From: the human T2T-CHM13v2.0 reference genome, Homo sapiens
Direction: 5' to 3' (one strand)
NCBI RefSeq assembly: GCF_009914755.1
Contig: NC_060925.1
DNA: 64,000 nt
Positions 57,827 through 64,000 of this stretch are shown here, piece after piece (within the stretch, counting starts at the first letter, position 1; each line of letters starts with the position of its first letter). The position numbers were made by a program, and so were the translations under genes. The notes under the pieces are model-generated. The model saw only the letters and a program-made list of their open reading frames with translations. It was not told where the DNA came from and did not search any database.

Positions 57827-57997
57827 GCTCTTTCTCTCTTTCCCTTTTCTTTCCTTTTCTTTCCTTTCCTTTCTCTCTCTCCTTTCTTTCTTTTGCTTCC
57901 TTCCTCTCTCTTTCCCTTTCCCTTCCTCTCTCTCCTTTCTTTTTTTCTTTCTTTTTTTTCTTTTCTTTTCTTTCTTTTCTCTCTCTCTCTTTCTTTA
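57827..57997. repeat. Polypyrimidine (CT/CTTT-rich) low-complexity tract
   Basis: About 170 nt almost purely C/T, preceded by a short (CGCT)n run. Confidence 0.95.
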
Positions 57998-58716
57998 GCA
58001 GTTTATTACTCATTTGTGAGAATCAGGGAAGCACTGGGCTCAAGAAAGCCAATACCCCTTCTAGGGCTTACCCCCCATTTTAAAATTTAATATATTGGAA
58101 TTTATATTGTTTCTTTTGATCCGAGATCTTCAGGCTGAAGCTGGAGAGAAATCTTTTGACCTCTCTAGAACAAAGAAAGCCTTTATCAAGACAATGTAAC
58201 TTTTTGAGTTTGCCAAATTAGGTGTTGCTGCAAATGGAGAAACCTAGAGTTCTCTTCTGTGCTTAAAGACACAAACATGGAAAGTTTTAAGTTCCAATAT
58301 GGTCACTTAATATATACAAAATTTTCTGTCTTTGCTGTCTTTGTCATTCCAGCAACAACTAGATGAGCAAATAGAATGATTGTGAGCACTTGCAAACCAA
58401 ATTGTGACTGTTAGTGTGTTGAGCTGCTTTTTTATTAAAATGACTGCTACAACTCTGCAGAAATCTGAGTAGTCTTGAAGATAAATTCTTGCTTGCATTT
58501 ACAATAAAGAAAGAATATGAGTAATCAAAAGGCTGATGGAGTTGGAGGACTGGCGTTTTTAAGAGGAACTGATTTGGACATTGAGATTATCAGCTCCTCA
58601 TCAAATATCATTAAGTACCCATTATTATTTTTTTCTGTTGACCAGGAGACCCAGGTTGTGTTGATGTGGGACATAGTTGTATGTCTGAAGAAACAAAGCA
58701 AGGGAGAATAAAATAA

Positions 58717-59064
<348 letters not shown>

Positions 59065-59257
59065 GTTTAGGGCTATATTTTATGTTTTCTTCTCCCTTTG
59101 GTATTTAATAAAGATTTGATATTTTTCTATTATCTGCTTTCCTCTGTTCCAAGGTTTTTGGCCTCAGGTGTGTTCTCTGGAAATGGCAATGATAGGCATT
59201 TATAATCTCCATATTTAGATATTTCCCTCACAGTGCTAGTTTCTGAGCTTATTAGAA

Positions 59258-59382
59258 CCTAATGTTAAATGACGAGTTAATGGGTGCAGCACACCAACAT
59301 GGCACATGTATACATATGTAACAAACCTGCACGTTGTGCACATGTACCCTAAAACTTAAAGTATAATAATAAAAAAAAAGAA
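59258..59382 (+). mobile_element. Very short 5'-truncated L1PA (PA3-5-like) 3' end
   Basis: CCTAATGTTAAATGACGAGTTAATGGGTGCAGCACACCAACATGGCAC...CCTAAAACTTAAAGTATAATAATAAAAAAAA. Confidence 0.93.
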
Positions 59383-60134
59383 ATATCCTGGCTATGAGTC
59401 AAGGGTTTAGGACCTTTTGAGGCACTTAGGTTTAGACAATTCTCAGTGATGTGTACAGGAATTTGGGTACAGGAATACTATTCACAGGTGAACAGAGTTT
59501 GATTTTGGCTGAAGGCATATTATTTGATCCAGATAATAATATAAAAATAATCCAAATGTTAGGACCTTAGCTTCTGCGAACCCTGACTTGAGAATAGTTA
59601 GCCATACATGTAGTTGGACTTTATGTAGGACTAACCAATCTCCTCTGCACTATTTTTGCACAGTACATTGATTATGGTATCCCTGATGACCTCTGTCCCC
59701 ATCCTTGTGAGTAGCCTTCATTGCTACCACCCAAGGATGTTTTAAAAAGGCTATGAGGAAGGATGCATGTAGGGAAATCTGAGGTTGTTCTTTGGATTTT
59801 CCCTGTTTTGTTTTAGGAAGTATCCATGATTTTATATAATAATATGTAGCAATCTTAGGTTTTTCCATTTTCATTTTTAACATAATTTTGTTATTCATTC
59901 TGTTTGGGTGTCTACCTCTAAATTAACAAACATGAGAAATTGTGTACTCCATTTAAAAAGTGTCCTGAGCAATTTAAGCTAAAAGAATATGTTGTTTCTT
60001 TTGGGTGTATAGCAAGAAGATTATATATATTTATAAATTTTTTTCCAGCAAGTGTACTTAAAAGCATGTACTTAAAATTAAGGACTTAAAAAAACTAAGC
60101 TGTACTTAACAAAATAATCTTTAGAAAGCTTTAA

Positions 60135-60699
<565 letters not shown>

Positions 60700-63540
60700 T
60701 CATGTTGGTCAGTGTCATTTGGATCTCGTTGGTGCTTATTGTTCTGCCGATGTGTATTAGTGAACCTACTCATGGGGAAGATAATACTATACAATGAATT
60801 TTCCCATTCAGTTGGAATTTTTTTATTACTCTGTTTTCTATGTTTTTCATTTAGATGTAAATTATTTTGGCTTCCATTCAACCTATTTCAGCTAGTTTTT
60901 ACCATAATACACATGGCTTAAGATTTATAGGAGGCTAAGAGTGGAGAGTGTATCTTCATTCAAACAAATGGTAAGAAAGGAACTTTCAAAACTGTTTTAG
61001 TTTTGCAAAGATTAGAAAAGTACAATTCTACTTTCTCAACTTTTCATCCTTGTTAAAGGCCTGGAAATTTGCAGCATTTTTTTCTTTCTTATTTTACTTT
61101 TCTAATTTGTTACACAAAGTGAAATTCCACACATAAACATGCAAGCTGAAGGTTGGGTTTATTCATAGGTTTTGTCTTAATTATAGATATTTAGTTTATT
61201 GAATATCTTATTGAGTATTGAGTACCTGCTGTGGTCCAGGCATCTTCTTAGGTCCCAGGTGTACAAAGAGGAGCCAATTGTGGTTACTACCTCTATGGAA
61301 TTTGCCTAGAAGTGGGAGAGAGAGAGATGAGTGAGCCAGCACTTATAATACATCTACCTAGGATAAAATGGGAGCACAGAAGAGGAACATCTGTATCAGT
61401 GGGTCTCTGACAGCTTCTTCAGGAAAATAATGCTTTATCTGTGATTTGAAATATAGTAGGAATTTAGCAAGATAGAGAAAAAGGAAAAGGAGGTAAAATA
61501 TTTTTCAGGTAAAAGAATGTACATGGGTATAGAGGTGATCATTATTAGCAAATTGGCTACATCCTAATTTGTAAGTATTTGTGGATTTTTCAAACCTTAT
61601 ATTTCATGTAGAAGAGCTGAATGCATTAGTCTCATCTCCAAGATCCAGGTATTGAAATTTAACCCATGCATAAATTGAATTTTTTTCTGAAGTCTTTAAT
61701 AAGAGAAAAATAAAAGGAAAAACTACACAGTGTATAGTAGATTTCAATATAGCACAGCAAACACTGATGAATTTTTTTTGCAATGAGTTCAATATTATAA
61801 AATAGAACAAAATTGGAATTTTTAAAACCAAAAATTATTCTAGATTTATCAGCTAACTGGAATGATTTTTTTATAGTATGAAAAGTCTATTAGTAATACA
61901 AAAAATATTCATTTATAAGTTGTTATCGTTGATTATATTTTCTTAAGGTATATTTTCAGTTTTTGAAAAGCAGTAATAATTTGCTATGACCCTATAGCCC
62001 AGTTCTTAATATCTGGATCTGATACTAGCATCTCTTAGGTAGAAAACACACTTTCTATATGATAATATCTGTAAAGAGCACATAAATCCTTGGAACACTA
62101 TTAGGAAAACAAAATCGATTTATCTCTTATTGCTTTTTTTTGGGTTTTTTTTTTCCTTTTAATCAAGACAAATTTCAAGGAGGAAGACAGATGTTTCTCC
62201 GCTTCGTTTTTATTTAAATGTACCACTTGGGATTTGAAGCTTCCGCACTTCTTCTGTTTGTTTGGATTTTTTTTTCATGGCTTGGTCCCAAAAAATGGAA
62301 TACAAAATTTAGAGAAAGTTTTGTTTGAAATTGCAGGGCGCTATGAGAATTATTGCAAATCCCTGATGTCTCTTTGTCTGCCCTCAATTCTCCTATTTTT
62401 GGTAATAATGCAGGCAGTCATTTTAGAAAACTTTGCTTTGTTCATTTTACTGAGCCTCTTCCAGAGGCCATGTGCCAGAATCAACAGCAGCCAACCACAG
62501 CCAAGATCCTAGGACGTAAACTCAGACTTCATCTCTCAAATATTGCTACTTGAAATTTGCATAAACGTTGAAGAAAAAGTTAAAAGAGCCTGTATAACTC
62601 CTCTTCATGTATTTTAGGAGCCTCAGACAGTCAAGACATTAAAATACCTTCCGATTGAGCAGTGGGTCTAAGCACAGATACCACACTGCAGATAGGGAGA
62701 AGGATATGAAAAAAATCATGTGAGATAGACGACAGAGGCTTATTTGAAGAAGCTACAAAGCAACAAGTAATGCCAGTTTAAAACGATTACATGTTAATGC
62801 AACAAGTAAAACACATTGAAGGCTGCTCAGATTACACTGGCTGAAGTACAGACTTAATTACTCATGTTAGAGATTCCTAAAACAAAGGGAGGCTTTTAAG
62901 CCAGTGATATGTAGCTGGTATGATACTGAAAAGCATTGGAAAACCTAGGTAAATGCCTAGAGGAAATTTTAAGGAAGATTCCATCAAGTCTGGATACCTT
63001 AGCCTTATCCTTAAATGAATAAATTTCTGAGGCGCTGGAACTGGTTAAAATCAATGGCAGCTTGTTCTGTTGTTTGCAGTTTTGATGTATAATTGGAGCT
63101 GATAAACCTGAATAAATAAAAGAGCCTTGTCTGGATTGAGTTACAGTTAGTGCTAAACATCAAGGGTTCCTATTGTATTTCTTAAAAGTTCTTTTTGGAG
63201 TGATTCCAAGATTGGTATTAAGAGGGTATGCCAAGGGTATATATTGGCAATTTTTATTTTGTTTGTATTTATCTTAGAGTCATTTGGTTAGGTCACATTC
63301 TCTCTGCCCCTACTCCCAACTTCTCATTAGATTGTAAGGACCATGAGGACAGAGATTGTTTGTTTTATTTGTGCTTAATTTTCATGCAGTGCCTAGTAGG
63401 GGACAATGCTGACAGTAGTTTCTTGACAAATATTAGTGGAACTGTATTAAAATTGAGTTTTTGCTCACATATATTGTTTATTTTACCTTTAGTGGATCAC
63501 TTCTCCTTATGCCTTCAGTGCTATAGTTTTTTAAAAGAAG

Positions 63541-63939
63541 TATGTTAGTCTGTTTTGCATTGCTCTAAAGGAATACCTGAGGCTGAATAATTTATAAAGA
63601 AAAAAGGTTTATTTGGCTAATAGCTTTGCATATTGTACAAGAAGTTTAGAGCCAACATCTGCTTCTGGTGAGGGCCCAAAAAACTTTCATGGCTGAAGGT
63701 GAAGAGGGAGCAGGTATGTAACATGGCAAGAGAGGAGGGAGCAAGAGAGATGTCAGTCTCTTTCAAACAACCAGCTCACATGGTAGCGAGAACTCACTCA
63801 TTACTGTGGGTGGGCACCAAGTTATTCATGAGAGATCTGCCCCCATAACCTGAACACCTCCCAGTAGGCCCCACCTTCAACATTGGGGATTACGTTTCAA
63901 CGTGAGATTTGGAAGGGACAAAATAGCCAAACTGTATCA
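63541..63939 (-). mobile_element. MSTB-type MaLR solo LTR
   Basis: TTAGTCTGTTTTGCATTGCTCTAAAGGAATACCTGAGGCTG...CCAAACTGTATCA. Confidence 0.88.
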
Positions 63940-64000
63940 AGCACAAAGAAGATACAGAGATAGTCAATGGTGGAGCTAGTATTCAAACCCAGATTTGTCT

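Noticed and set aside
57681-58090. K/E/R-rich and F/S/L-rich ORFs
   Set aside because: They are artefacts of the polypyrimidine tract.

Overview
Human genomic DNA, not prokaryotic. The window holds about 29 kb of repeat-dense upstream sequence, then the CpG-island promoter and exon 1 of a NOTCH2-derived gene on the + strand (about 29440-29818), then the first 34 kb of intron 1. I saw no exon 2. The exon has an intact NOTCH2 ATG (29748) followed by a 2-bp deletion that frameshifts the signal peptide. It also has a (GGC)10(GGA)2(GGC)2 tract inside an upstream ORF reading MWICP(G)14DREDARPAPLCC. These features identify the human-specific paralog NOTCH2NLC (1q21), the repeat-expansion locus of neuronal intranuclear inclusion disease (NIID), here as a non-expanded allele. 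That core biology is already described. The less-described observations are: ATG-initiated antisense poly-Pro and poly-Ala ORFs across the repeat; a poly-Arg sense frame that the deletion places in phase with the NOTCH2 signal peptide; a 20-bp intronic duplication that doubles an NF-kB-like plus GC-box module next to an RBPJ motif; a young AluYa5 usable to date the duplication; a candidate Alu cassette exon; and inverted Alu pairs. Nearly all other track ORFs are Alu, L1 or low-complexity artefacts. Repeat subfamily names and paralog comparisons come from recalled consensus sequences and need RepeatMasker or alignment confirmation.
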